Shown here piece by piece: positions 14,117 to 25,841 of a stretch of 64,000 nt of DNA. The translations under genes and the position numbers were made by a program. The notes below the pieces were generated by a model. That model had not been told where the DNA came from and searched no databases. It was given only the letters and a program-made list of their open reading frames with translations. The DNA is from Gnetum montanum (lineage: Eukaryota; Plantae; Gnetophyta). Position 1 is the first letter of the stretch. Each line of letters opens with the position of its first letter. Location: the NCBI GenBank assembly GCA_015680685.1, contig MNCI01002485.1, forward strand, positions 806,439 through 870,438, in the 5' to 3' direction.

Positions 14117-15000
14117 TTGTCTAGTTTATTAGTCTATAAAAGTAGGACAAAAAAATATAAGAGTTTAACAATCATAATGAATTATAACAAGATGGAAAAT
14201 CCTTGGCAAAGAGTTACATCATTAGGATTTCAAAATTACAATGATATTCCTAAAGTAGTTTACAAATATTTTCCTGAGCCTTTTATTCCTGGAAAAGCTT
14301 ACTTGGCTAAAGAATACATTCACCTATTTGAATTAACTTTAGCTCATGTAAATATTCAACACCAAGGTCAAGCCTGTAGGTTATTTGTAGAAAATTTATA
14401 GGATATGGTTCTAATTTTGTATTCAAACTTGCCAAGTAACAATATCACAAGTTGGGATGATATGAAAAGTCTTTTCTTGATTCAATTTGACAATTAATTA
14501 GATCAACACCAACTATAGTGCAAGATAGTACAAGCTAATTAAGGAGTTAAAGAGTTAATTAGAGATTTCAATATTAAATTTCAATGAATTTGTGGGCTCT
14601 TTGAGAGACAATATAGACTATAAAATGGAATGCTTAGAGACACCTATCTTAAGGCTATTAATCCCACTATTTCAAATTTGGCTAAGGAGAACTCCAAACT
14701 TGCTAATACTAAATGACTACTTTAGTGAAGATATACAATTAGAAAAACAACTAAAATTAAACAATGAAGAGATTATCATAACTCAAAAAAGAGAAAAGAA
14801 AATGATGATTCTTGTGCAAGAATATGCTTAGCCTAAAGCATTACCGGGACCATCTCATATTAAGATAGAGCTAGAGTTAGAAAGCAAAGAATCTGATAAG
14901 GAATAGTTAATGCATGACTTATCCAACAGAGTAGTGAAACCAAAAAAAAAGATTTGGCAAAGGCTAAAATCAAGGAAGAAAAGAAAAATAGAAAACATAA
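14117..15000 (+). pseudogene. gag: gag of outer element, 5' part
   Basis: AKEYIHLFELTLAHVNIQHQGQACRLFVENL*...ITSWDDMKSLFLIQF is Retrotrans_gag-like, with stops and frameshifts. Confidence 0.75.
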
Positions 15001-15616
15001 TGTTGGCACATTTTGGCCACTTCATGGAACAGGAATTTGCAGATCGAAGCAAGCAATGAAGGAAGCAATCAAGGGTCTGCGTATTCATGTAGTAGCAGGT
15101 CTGGTCTGTGTGCTGGGTTGTCGCAGATTTTTGTGGGTTTGATTTGTGGAATGCTGGAAATTGTCTTTGGGTTATGCGTTATCTAAGAGTCATCATCACA
15201 AGGAGAAGGTGGAGCAACCATGGCGACCATGTACAAAAAACTGCAGAACAAAAAAAGAGGTAAAAGAGAGAAGGTAAACCAGGAAAAGAGCGTGAGCGAG
15301 TGTGCGAGAGTGGGCAAAATGGATGGGGGAATGGATATTGAATGCCATGCGCATGCAAATACTGATGTCATTATCACCAGATAAGGCCGTCGTTGCCATC
15401 ACTATTACTATTCTTCTTCTGAACTACTCCCACCATGACAAGAAGATCAAACAAGTAACGGTGCCTCAGTTATGGCTCTGCAAATTGCACAACCTGCCTT
15501 AACTCATACTTCCTCCAAAATTTTCTCTCTCCCCATCAATCTATCTATCTCTCTCTTTCTCTGTACTACTAAGACGGCACCTCAGCTACAACAATTCATT
15601 CAGAAGAAACAAGGAA

Positions 15617-16279
15617 ATGATCAGAAACAACAACGCAACAGTGGCAAATGTGTTGATCGGTTGCTTGCTATGGACCGCCGTGGTGGCCATGGCGGTGCTC
15701 ATGCCATTATGCAGGATGTCGTCAGTGTTAGGGCTGCTTCTCTCCATGCGCTGGATTCCACCGCAACAAACAACATTTCCTACTACTGCGCCAACAATTT
15801 TAACAGCTCCTTCTCCTCAGCGAGAAGAAGACGAGCTGGCTTCAGCTTGGGAAGGATTTTTGCGTCAAATGGACGTGCACGGTGATGATGAGCACAACAT
15901 GATATTCACTGCCGTGAATGTGACTTAGGCACAACCTAGAGGAATATTGAATTTGTTTTTGAGAAGCGACACTGCCAGAACTGATTCTGTGCACAGACGC
16001 CTTCTGATTGCCTGCTTGGATGCAAAGGCTCTGTAACTCTGCTCGCAGATGCACTGAGCCTGTTTCCAACTGCCCACCCCCGGCATTGACTTTTCCATTG
16101 AGACACTCTACATGACTCCCCACTATGTCACCATGATGTGGACTCGCCTGTGATTCGTGCTCAATCTTCTTAGATACAATTACACCATCCTGTTGACTGA
16201 CACAGACGTTATGTGGTTGAGGAACCTGCTGCAAATTCTGGAGGCAGATCATGATGTAGACATTCAGATTTCCTGTGAC
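15617..16279 (+). pseudogene. Captured intronless nucleotide-diphospho-sugar transferase (GT77, PF03407-type) 5' fragment
   Basis: One frame with 4 stops: N-terminal TM helix, MIFTAVN...ILNLFLRS...LLIACLD..AL*LC...CFQLPTPGIDFSIETLYMTPHYVTMMWTRL*FVLNLLRYNYTILLTDTDVMWLRN...DIQISCD, including the DxD motif. Confidence 0.85.
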
Positions 16280-16706
16280 AACAGAGAAAAGAGGGAGGCC
16301 CTGACATTCCTTTCCACCTCGAGAAACTGGACAAGTCTGAGCAGGATCAGCCAGAAGAGGGATGTCTGCCTGATGCAACCAAGGGAGATCGTTGTTCTCT
16401 CAAGAGCGCACACTCTTGGACACTGCCACAAGGAGAGATCAGGATTTGAAGTACCTAGATCTGGGCTTGAATATTTTTTTACTTCACAAAGAACAAATCA
16501 AATAGCAAATCTTTGATAAACAAAGGCCCTGTGGGAAAAATGTTTATGTGTTTTTGAGGGTTAGATTACATGATTTTATCCAACTGCCACCTCCTATATT
16601 GCCAAGAAAAAGCAAAATAAAGAGGATATATATGTATGGAATAAGTTGCAACTATAGCTTGTATTTCTATGTATCTTAGTGATTGTATTTTAATTTTCTA
16701 TGATAT

Positions 16707-17010
16707 TGTAACCACCAAGGCCACTTGTCAACTATAGCCTTTTTATCTCCAAAATGGCCACTTGTCAACTAAATGGGCTACTTCTTGACCACCAAGGACA
16801 CTTGTCACCTACAAATTGTTTATCTCCATGGTGACCACTTGTCAACTGAATGAAGACACTTGGCAACTGAAAGGCCACTTGTCAACTGCATGGGACACGT
16901 GTCAACTGCAACTTGTTTCTCTCCATGGTGAACACTTGGTGACTGAGTGAAGACACTTGGCAACTGCATGAAGACACTTGGCCATGGAATAGGACACTTG
17001 TCCATTGTAG
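16707..17010 (+). repeat. Tandem array of (G)CCACTTGTCAACT / GACACTTGGCAACT motifs in U3 of the solo LTR
   Basis: More than 10 copies upstream of the TATA box (ctataaaaagg, about 17079). Confidence 0.85.
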
Positions 17011-18378
17011 CTTTTTTGTCTCTATGGTGGTTAAAACCACCAAAGATATTTTGTAACTTCCCTACCTACCTTTGAACCCTATAAAAAGGCTTCAGGGGTC
17101 AAGGAGGGGGGGATAACATATCATAACATTGGAACTTTTGGGAGGTCTCATACATCACACTTTGGAAGGCTACTAGTTAGCACTTGTGCTCTCACTTGGA
17201 GACAATTTGAGTCTTGGGGAGAAGAGCATTTTGTAAAGAAGAAGTTGTGACAATTGCTTGCAAGATGGGTTGCTAGAATAAAGATTTCAGCCTCTTTGTC
17301 ATGGTCCTGTGAGTTATGCATTTCATTTTTTGTTTTGTTTAAATTGTTTAGCTAGTGGTTTAGATAGTATCATCCTTGGCAAGTAATTTTGGGATTTTTA
17401 GATTGCTCTTATTGTTCTTGTTGCCCGATAGAAATTTCTATTAAAATTTTGCCATAGAAGCGCTTGTGTTTAAAAGCCTTAAGAGCATTTTAGTAGTAAA
17501 TTTCGTTATTGTGCAACGTGTGGGAACTGCTATTGGGATTGTTGTAAGAGAGCCTCTGTTTGTAGTCACGCCGTTGAACAATTCAGTAGTCGAGAGGGTT
17601 CAGAAAATCTTTGGTATTTTGATGGGACCAGAATAGCTTCTTTTTATCTTTAAAGTGAATTCTCGTGGTATTTCAATCAGAAATTGTCAAGTCTTTTAAA
17701 GGTTCTGTTTGAATGCAATCGTTGACATCTATTATCTAGTCAAAATGGAGTCTCGTACGTGGTAGTTTACGCAGCAATTTTTGGTAGCATAATAGGATTG
17801 TCTTGAAGATATTGCTTGTTTGAGCCTTGGAAGTTTGAACAATTCGTAGATATTGAATTTGGGATAGCTTTATTGCGAAGTGTTTACTCGTGTCATTTTA
17901 CCTTGTTTAAATATTTGAGGTCTACACAAATCTGCTTTCTTTTCTTTTCTGCTTATTTCCATCGAATCTTGCTCTATTTCTAGTTTTCTTGTGGAACTAT
18001 CTCTTTCTCTGGGGAAAATTAGGAGTAGATTGCGGAGTTGTGCTCAAATGTTTTTGCAAAATTTTATTTGTTACAAGTAGGTATTATAAGGACCACGTAG
18101 ACTAGGCAGTTGAACAAAATAGAATATTTTCAAAAACTCACAGTACTTGGCAAAGTTGGCTGAATCTCTTTAAAGTAAGTCATTTGTAGTTCACACACAA
18201 CGCAATTGTTACATTTTACACAACCACACGCCGCAACAGCACACACACATACTCACATTAACTACTGAGTTTATTTGGAGGTATCTGAACCTTGGTGTTG
18301 CCAGAGACCAGCAGGCACCTAAATCCTGTTCGAGGACACTCGTTGGTGGTCGCGTCCCAAACGGTCGCCAACACATAA

Positions 18379-19074
18379 GCATCAAGATACTAAATTAGTA
18401 GATGATAAGGATGAAAGTGATCTTGATATGTCTAACTTCCTTGATATTGAATTAGATAATGAGCTATCTAGTGTTCATTATGCAAGAAAATCTTCTAACA
18501 ATGGATCTAGTGATACCTCTTCCCTATCAAGTTCCAAAGAAGACATGTCATTGAATGAAAAGTGTAATGATAATAAAGAAAATGACTATAATCTATGATC
18601 AAATGAAATATTAGCTATTTCCAAGCTTCCAAATGTCATTTCTAACCCATCTACTAAGAAAAACATTTTTGAACCAATTGGAAGAGAGAAAAATAAAAAT
18701 AAAGAAGATCTAGAGAAAAATACTCAAAATTAAACTCTTAATGAATGGATGAAGAAACCAGGCTTTTATGGTGATGGAGAATATGATCTAGTTGAGGATC
18801 TTAAACATGTCAAGGCCAACATTAGCATATATCAATTGTTATAGATAAGAGATTAGAAAAGAAAAGCTTTGGAATTTATTAAAGCTAAAAGAAGAGTTGG
18901 AGATTCAAAGTTAAGCTACGTGTCCAACATTAACAAGAAAACAAAAACTAGCTATGATAGTCCTCTTGATAAAGATGCCCCTCTATTTCTTTTGACAATG
19001 AAGTTAAAAGATAAATATCTTCAAAATTGTTTGGTTCATTTTGGATCTACATCTTCTATTATGTCATTATCTAT
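18379..19074 (+). pseudogene. Outer element gag C-terminus and protease N-terminal half
   Basis: YDLVEDLKHVKANISIYQLL...APLFLLTMKLKDKYLQNCLVHFGSTSSIMSLS, cut by the Tat insertion. Confidence 0.75.
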
Positions 19075-20812
19075 TCAAACACCCTAAAAAATGTGGGGTC
19101 ATCCTTGCTTCACCAGGATCTTGCAGTTTGCACAGCACAATGGCATTTCATCAGGAGAAGAATGTTCTAAGTCCAGGTCAGCCAGTTTGACAAATTTTCT
19201 ACTTTGAGCATGGATAGGTCCTGTACCATCCTGCCCACCCACCAAAGTAGCCTAAACAGCCGGTAGCCTACTCAGGAACAACATGCAAAACTGACGGCAG
19301 CATCTTGGATGCGCAAGAAACAGTCCAGCAATTTTCTAAGTCACGAAGCCTGCTATGCTACACTACGCTAGGTAGCGTAGCAAGCTTTAGAAGACGATGG
19401 TGGAACGAAGTGCTATGCTACACGACATCACACAGCGTAGCATGGCAACAACTTCACTACCCACTCCACTTGCCCAATTTCTAGTTTTGCAGTGATGTCC
19501 TTTTTTGTCAGGAAGTGGCGGACCATGTCTGCTGCTATGCTATGTTGAGCTACATGGGGCAGCAAGGTGTAGCAATCCTATGGAAGAGATGGGAGGGATT
19601 TTGAAAGGCGGAGTCAACGGAGTTCAAAAGACTTGCCTTGCAAGAGAAAGTTTGCAAATTGGAAAAACTCTTGCAACTAAGGCAAGTTGCTATGCTACGC
19701 TACGTAGCGTAGCATAGCGTAGCAAACATGTAACAGATAGCAGAATGCGTGAGAAAGTGCTACGCTACACCAAGCATGCTATGTCACAAAGCATAGTGAG
19801 GCATGTAGGTGGTTGCGTGACATCAATGCACTCCACCTAATTGAACTATTGGCACATGTCCCCAGACGCTGACGATGTGATTACGATGTGGTAGTATCAT
19901 GGTTATTGTATGGAAAATTTGCATCGCAATGGTCTTGTAGGACCAATGGTCATAGATGACTCAAGTGGTGCCAGTAAGACAAGGCAAGCCTGCAGCACGT
20001 ATCATTCAAAAACCGCCCCTTTCTACTTACCTTTAGTCCTATAAATATCTCGGCAAATAGTATATAATGAGTTAGCAATTTTTTAGAGGTACCCACAATT
20101 TGGAAAATTCCACAATTTCTAAAGTTGGCAATTGCAAAACAGTTCGCATCTTTCTTGAAGCAAAAATCTTCCAAGTGGTGGGAACTTTGAAATTCTGAAA
20201 GAAAGATCTTCCTTCTCTCTAGCATTGTAATATCAAAGTCATCTATCTAACACTATAAACAACGACTCTCTCTCAGCTACCGAGAGGTCCCTATCTTTGT
20301 TCTACCACCTTGGTAGAGCCCCGCATTTTTTGTACGTGAGTACACGTCCAAGTGCATAGCTCTTTTTGCTTGGCATGTCCTAGTTACTCTCAGGACTTCT
20401 GTACTCTGTCACACTGTGCAACCGATTGTATCCACCTTGACTGGACGAGTTTGTAGCTTTGGAGCAGTGCATGTTTTTAACCATACTTTACTTTATTTCC
20501 CATTTACTGTCTCGTTTCTTTGCATTATTTTCTATTTTTTTCACCTTTAAGCATTATTTTGTATTACTGTTGCATTTTTACAGTTTCTCTCCTGATTTAT
20601 TTACCCGTAAGCACTATCTTGCATTTCGCATTATTTACATTGCAAAAGGCTATATTGACATTGATGTAAGTTCCTGTCTAATCGACCAAACCATTCAGGG
20701 AACCCCGTGTCCGCACACACCCAGCACCATCCTCCCACGGATACGGGGTTGAAACTGTCGCGTTCGTCGACCCTCGGCGTTCTTCCAGCCACCGACGTTT
20801 TTGGTCACTACA
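19075..20812 (+). repeat. 5' LTR of the 18.5-kb Tat element
   Basis: tcaaacaccctaaaaa (TG mutated to TC) to ggtcactaca. Collinear with 35869-37612. U3 has GCTA(C/T)GC / GCGTAGC repeats. Confidence 0.92.
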
Positions 20813-20818
20813 GTTTTT

Positions 20819-20836
20819 TGGTGCCAGAAGGAGGGC
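20819..20836 (+). promoter_or_regulatory. Primer-binding site (tRNA-Asn-like)
   Basis: tggtgccagaaggagggc, 6 nt after the LTR end. Confidence 0.8.
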
Positions 20837-20904
20837 TTTTGGTGCCTTTGCCATGTGCCACAGTAGTTTTGTGAGCCTTTTGCATATTGATACACAAGAG
20901 CGTA

Positions 20905-21600
20905 AATGTGACACCCTCTTGCAGTTGTTTGCACTCTGTGTGGTGCAGATCGGTCACCCCGACGGTTCCTTCGGAACCCTACAGAACATAAGACCTCTAA
21001 TCACCAGTTAACTAGCTCATTCTATGGTTGTATTGCATGCATTATGAACCCCATCTCGTGTGGTATAGACTCGTCGCCTTGACGATCCCTCCGAGATCCT
21101 ACAAGACATAAAGCCTACCTGGTCGCTAGTTAATTTGCTCGTCTTATGGTACTCTCGTACGCCTTCCACACCTCGGCTTGCATTAGCATAGACTTGACAC
21201 CCATCTGTGGTTTTTTATGTGTCGTACGATGTAGATTGGTCACCTCGATGGTCCTCCAGAACCCTATGAGACAATAAGCCTTCTGACGGTGATTTAACTT
21301 GCCTTTCCTTTTTACAGTAGTCCTGTACGCATTCTACATCCTAGCTAGTGCAGGTGAGAACGTGACACCCTTTGAGATTTTTTATGCCTTGTGTGGTGCA
21401 GGTCAATCACCTCGATGGTACCTCTAACGTAAAACCTTCTTGATCATTTGTCAATTGAACTTGCCTTATGGTAGTCTTGCACATGCTCTGTACGTCATCA
21501 CGCATAGGCATAGACATGACACCCTTTTGCGGTTGTTTACGCTTTTTGTGGTATAGATTGGTAGCCTTGACGATTCCCCTAGGATTCAACAAGATTTAAA
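20905..21600 (+). repeat. About 5 degenerate 120-170 bp tandem units in the Tat 5' leader
   Basis: Recurrent tggt(g/a)(c/t)aga..ggtcacc(c/t)cga(c/t)ggt..c at about 20941, 21061, 21228, 21395 and 21548. Confidence 0.75.
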
Positions 21601-21678
21601 GCTACCTTTTGTTGCTTTTTTTCAATCCTTCTGTTCTTTTGCACTTTTTGCATTTTTTGCATAATCACTTGCTTAGAA

Positions 21679-24280
21679 ATGGCTTCTACCACTACCGCTG
21701 TTGACACCTTCAACACAGAGGTGCCCTTCGTAGTCCAAGATACTACTGGTGCCGAACAACGGTTGAATCCAACATAGGAAACATGTCGGTCTCTTAGAAT
21801 CCAAAATTGAGGACTTGATGGACTGGCCCAGCAACATGAGCATTACAGTTTCCTTTGTGCAAAGGTGTAGGCTAATCTGCCCTTGGATTTACATGAACTC
21901 GAAGAAAATTGTAACTTCGAGTTCGCTTACTGCAATAGGGAGGAATTCATTCCTACCTCAGACATTTCTTTGCCTTTAACGCAACCATACCAAAGGCTTC
22001 TAGATCAAATAATTTAGTTGACCAGGCTTAGGAAGAAACAAGACACAACGTCCAACTAGGATGATGCCTTTCAAGATGGGCAGGAGAAACTCGATTCCCA
22101 ATCTGACGAGGGAGATCAGGCCAACCCCGTTCCTGTCCTACCTACCCAATCCTTCTAGGCCAACCCGCTATCTATCACCACCCCCTTTGTCATTATGCTT
22201 ATGCTTTAGTAGCCTACAACTGCAACTGCAATGGGTAGCCATGCTACATTTCCAGCGCATCATCACCCCCATTCCCCGGTTGTGCTCACAACAACTATGC
22301 CACCGTAAGTTGTTTATCAGCATGCTCCCATAGTGTGCAACACACCTATCATGGCTACCCTACTGCATATCCATACAATACCTACTTTGCAACCGAACAT
22401 AACTCCTATGTCGATTCCTACCTATGCATCTATTCCACCCACTGTGGTGGGCCTGGGCCCATCCATGTGGTGGACCCTATTTGCTTCTTCGTCTATTCTA
22501 CAACCGTCGCAGATGTCTCACTACATTCACCCTCAGGCCTACTCGACCCTGAAAATGGTACATCTTGGCATGGGTCCATGGTCTGTCTCGCNCCCTGAAA
22601 ATGGTACATCTTGGCATGGGTCCATGGTCTGTCTCGCCGGTAACCCAAATGGCCTATCCGGCGACTCAACCCACTATTACTGCTCCAACAATACCACCCA
22701 CCAGGTGGTGGACAATGCAAACAACACCTTTAGCGGGGGTGGTTCCAATGGCACCCCCGATGGGTCAAATCACCGTCGCCACCATTCCACATGTGGGAGT
22801 TGCCTCCATAGTCCCTCAACCATCTACAATGTCACTGGGTCTAGACCAAGCATTTCAGCTCATCCAGAACCTAATTGAGGAAGTAAAAAGCCTCAAAGCT
22901 GTTGGGTCTGATACGGTACAAGTCATGGACTTCTATCAGGATGACCCCATCAACCCTACAATCCCTTCTTTGATATTACCACCCAGGATGTCCCTCCCAC
23001 ACTTCATGAAGTACAATGGGGAAGGGGATTCCAATACCCATCTTGTCACTTTCCCGTTAGAGTCTTTGCTATTACAACAGTGGTCGCATACGATCATTCG
23101 CGTCTTTGCTATGTTCCTAGCTGGGAAAGCCCTAGATTGGTACCACGCGTTTCCATGTTCATCCATTTCGACTTTGGAAGAACTCTTGACCCAGTTTGTG
23201 ACATGCTTCAAATATAACTTGAAGCCAGAAACCACACTGGATTAGCTAATGGGCATGAAACAAGACCCGCTAGAACCAGTCCAAAAATTCATTCAACATT
23301 GGAGCACGACACTTAACGAAATCCGTGAGCCCATCGTAGAGGCTCACTTGTTAGCCATCTTTAAGGGTGCAGTGAATGACTTCATCAAGTCCAAACTGTA
23401 TTACCTTGCTCCACACTCTCTTAGCCAAGCTTTTGCTCAGACGAAAAGCATACAAGACGTGGCCAAGGTGAGCAAAGACCCAACCTACATCACTTACAAG
23501 AACAACTTTGCAAAAAAGGACAAGGGTAAGGCCCCAAAAACCATGGTGGCTACTATGGTAGCTAAGGCCAAGCCCAAACATAGCAATAGCAGAAGCAAGA
23601 ATAACAAGAAACTATCCACACCTATGGCTAATTTTGCACCCAAATTGGGCCAAGCATCACAACCTGTCACATATGCACCCGAGACATTTGCATACACTAA
23701 ACCCAACTTCGAGTGCAAAGATTGTTCAAAATACACCCCACTACCTCTCAAACCTTCAGAACTCCAAAAGCAACTATTGGCAGTGGGATACATCCAACAC
23801 AAGCAGATGTTGGAGGAAGAAAACATGAGACATCGACGCTACTATGCGCTCCTTAGGAATCCCTCTTTGGCCCTGCCCAATGAGCCTCCGGTTCATAGGG
23901 GTTTCAAGCTAGATAGGTTTTGTGACTACCACCAACTATGTGTTCACACCATGGATTATTATCTGTCATTGAAGGATAACATCCAAAGATTAATTGACCT
24001 GGGAAAGCTGGTGCTGGATGAAAGTAACCTAGTGCGCCTTGAAAATCAATCTATGTATGTCTACACAAATCCCCTCAACGCCAATAATGCCGATTACGTA
24101 ATCAATGCCATCGGTATTAACAATGATCCCACAACACCCTTCCAGCCATTTATGATTCGTGTGCCTCAGCGTAGTGCACCAATACTACCAATGGTTGGTC
24201 CAAGTTCGCAGCCGTCCTTCATCTTGAAAGTCCCACCATGGGAATCTACCTTTGCACTTCCTATTGGTGAGGCCACGTGA
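21679..24280 (+). pseudogene. gag: gag of the Tat element
   Basis: ATG at 21679. LPPRMSLPHFMKYNGEGDSNTHL...IRVFAMFLAGKALDWY (Retrotrans_gag) and FCDYHQLCVHTMDYYLSLK (degenerate Tat/Ogre zinc knuckle). One frame once the 46-nt assembly duplication at the N (22592) is removed. Confidence 0.88.
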
Positions 24281-24685
24281 CCCTGTCAGTCGCCACCTCT
24301 AGCTCCATTCATCATCAAGGGGCCAACATCTTCGATAGTCCCCATCTCGTGCAACAACATTAAACAACCTCCTCGCCCCACAAGGTGAGAAGCCTACTTG
24401 GTGGGTGAGGCATTGAAGGGGAATACTGTCAAAAGTATCCCCAAGCCTACACCTTCACCCCTTGTATTTACACCTTTGTCACCAAAAATGAAGGTTGACA
24501 CGATTACACAGCCTGCATCACCTTGCCAACAAAGATCCAAACCTAGGTCCGAGACCGTCTCTCCTTGAGAGATTCATCTTCTAGAACGAATCGAGGAGGA
24601 GGAAAGTGTCAAACAAGTGGGCGACCAAGACTTCTTGGATGCCCTCACCCAGGTCGAGTAAGCCCTAAGGCAGAAAATTGCTACG

Positions 24686-25546
24686 TTGAGCTTGTACATC
24701 CTGGTCATGACATCTGTACCTCACCGCGAGGCCCTAGTCCGCATGTTAGCAGCGATTCTAGTCAACGAAAACATGTCAATGGATGATAAAGCAATCCATT
24801 TGGTCATACTCCCCTTTGTATCCACAGAGTCTACAGTAGCTCAATTAACTTTCAACAGCGATGCCATTAAGAAAGATCTTGAAGGGGGTCAAGTGACTAT
24901 GACACCTCTCTTCATCACAATTCAAGTCAGCCAACACCAAATCCGAAGGGTACACATCAATGATGGGGCTTCCACAAATGTCATTTCCTTCCCTATTATA
25001 GATAAGTTGGGATTGGTTGACTAGATTAAACCAACGACAACGTTGAGTCTGCAGTCCTTCAACGGGGCATGCGTCCTGGTGAAGGGCACAATTCACGTAA
25101 ACTTTGTAGCAGGGGACTAGTTCCCCATAGACGCAATGTTTGTCATGGTCAATGAAATGCTCGAGTTTAACCTGATCTTGGGAAGATCGTGGTTAACACA
25201 ACTTAGGGCTGTCTCCTCACCTATACACTAGGAAATCCACTTACCATATGTGGGTAAAGAGGTGATAATCCATGGCGACGGGGTTGTAACACAAGCAATT
25301 AGCAATGTAGACATGGAACAGGGTTCAAAAGTTACAACCTCTAAAGATGAAGCACCTGTTCATGCATGCATTAATCATACAACAGAGGGATTGGTCCAAC
25401 AAGCCAATCCTCAAATCGAAAATGCATGGTGTGAGATGACCTTCCAAGCGAAGGACAGTGTCATGAGCGGTGGCCTGGGCAAAACACCTCGACCTTACAT
25501 TCTGATCAATCCACGAAAGGTCAAGAGGCAACAACACATATCATAG
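24686..25546 (+). pseudogene. Aspartic protease region of the Tat element
   Basis: PLFITIQVSQHQIRRVHINDGASTNVIS...FNLILGRSWLTHLRAVSSPIH*EI. Confidence 0.85.
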
Positions 25547-25841
25547 CAGCCTTGCAACCTCCCACCCAGTTGCTATCCTTGCATATTCACCATTTCCTTG
25601 TCTCATTAATATGCCGTCCTTTCGGCATGCTATGCTAATGGCCCGAAATGGCCCAAAACTAGCAACAGCCCGAAATGGCCTAAAACTAGCATACGAGAGC
25701 ATGAAAACTTTACATAGCACATAAGTTAATGCAAAATCAGTTTCCTTTCTGAAGTTTTTCATTTCATTCAAAATTTTTGTCCATTGGCAATGTTTGTAAA
25801 TTTTTTAAAATTTTTAATAAAAAAAAGGGGGTCCCATGCTG

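Larger units (their letters stand above)
15001..18373 (+). mobile_element. Solo LTR (3373 bp) related to the outer element's LTRs, inserted in gag
   Basis: TGTTGGC...GCCAACA inverted termini. TSD CATAA at 14996-15000 and 18374-18378. First about 35 bp and about 17050-18373 resemble the outer LTRs. gag frame rejoins (RKH|KHQDTK). Confidence 0.9.

Noticed and set aside
15472-16378. Alternative overlapping ORFs (15472-15885 +, 15842-16378 -) as real genes
   Set aside because: Shadow frames of the GT77 fragment. The GT77 frame has four stops and is truncated, so no functional CDS is called.
20459-20752. Hydrophobic ORF repeated at 37259-37702
   Set aside because: T-rich U5 sequence of the two LTRs. 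The repetition is explained by the LTR duplication.
22547-22637. 45-bp perfect tandem duplication around a single N, causing a gag frameshift
   Set aside because: Scaffolding artefact (overlapping contig ends joined by N). Removing 46 nt restores one gag frame.
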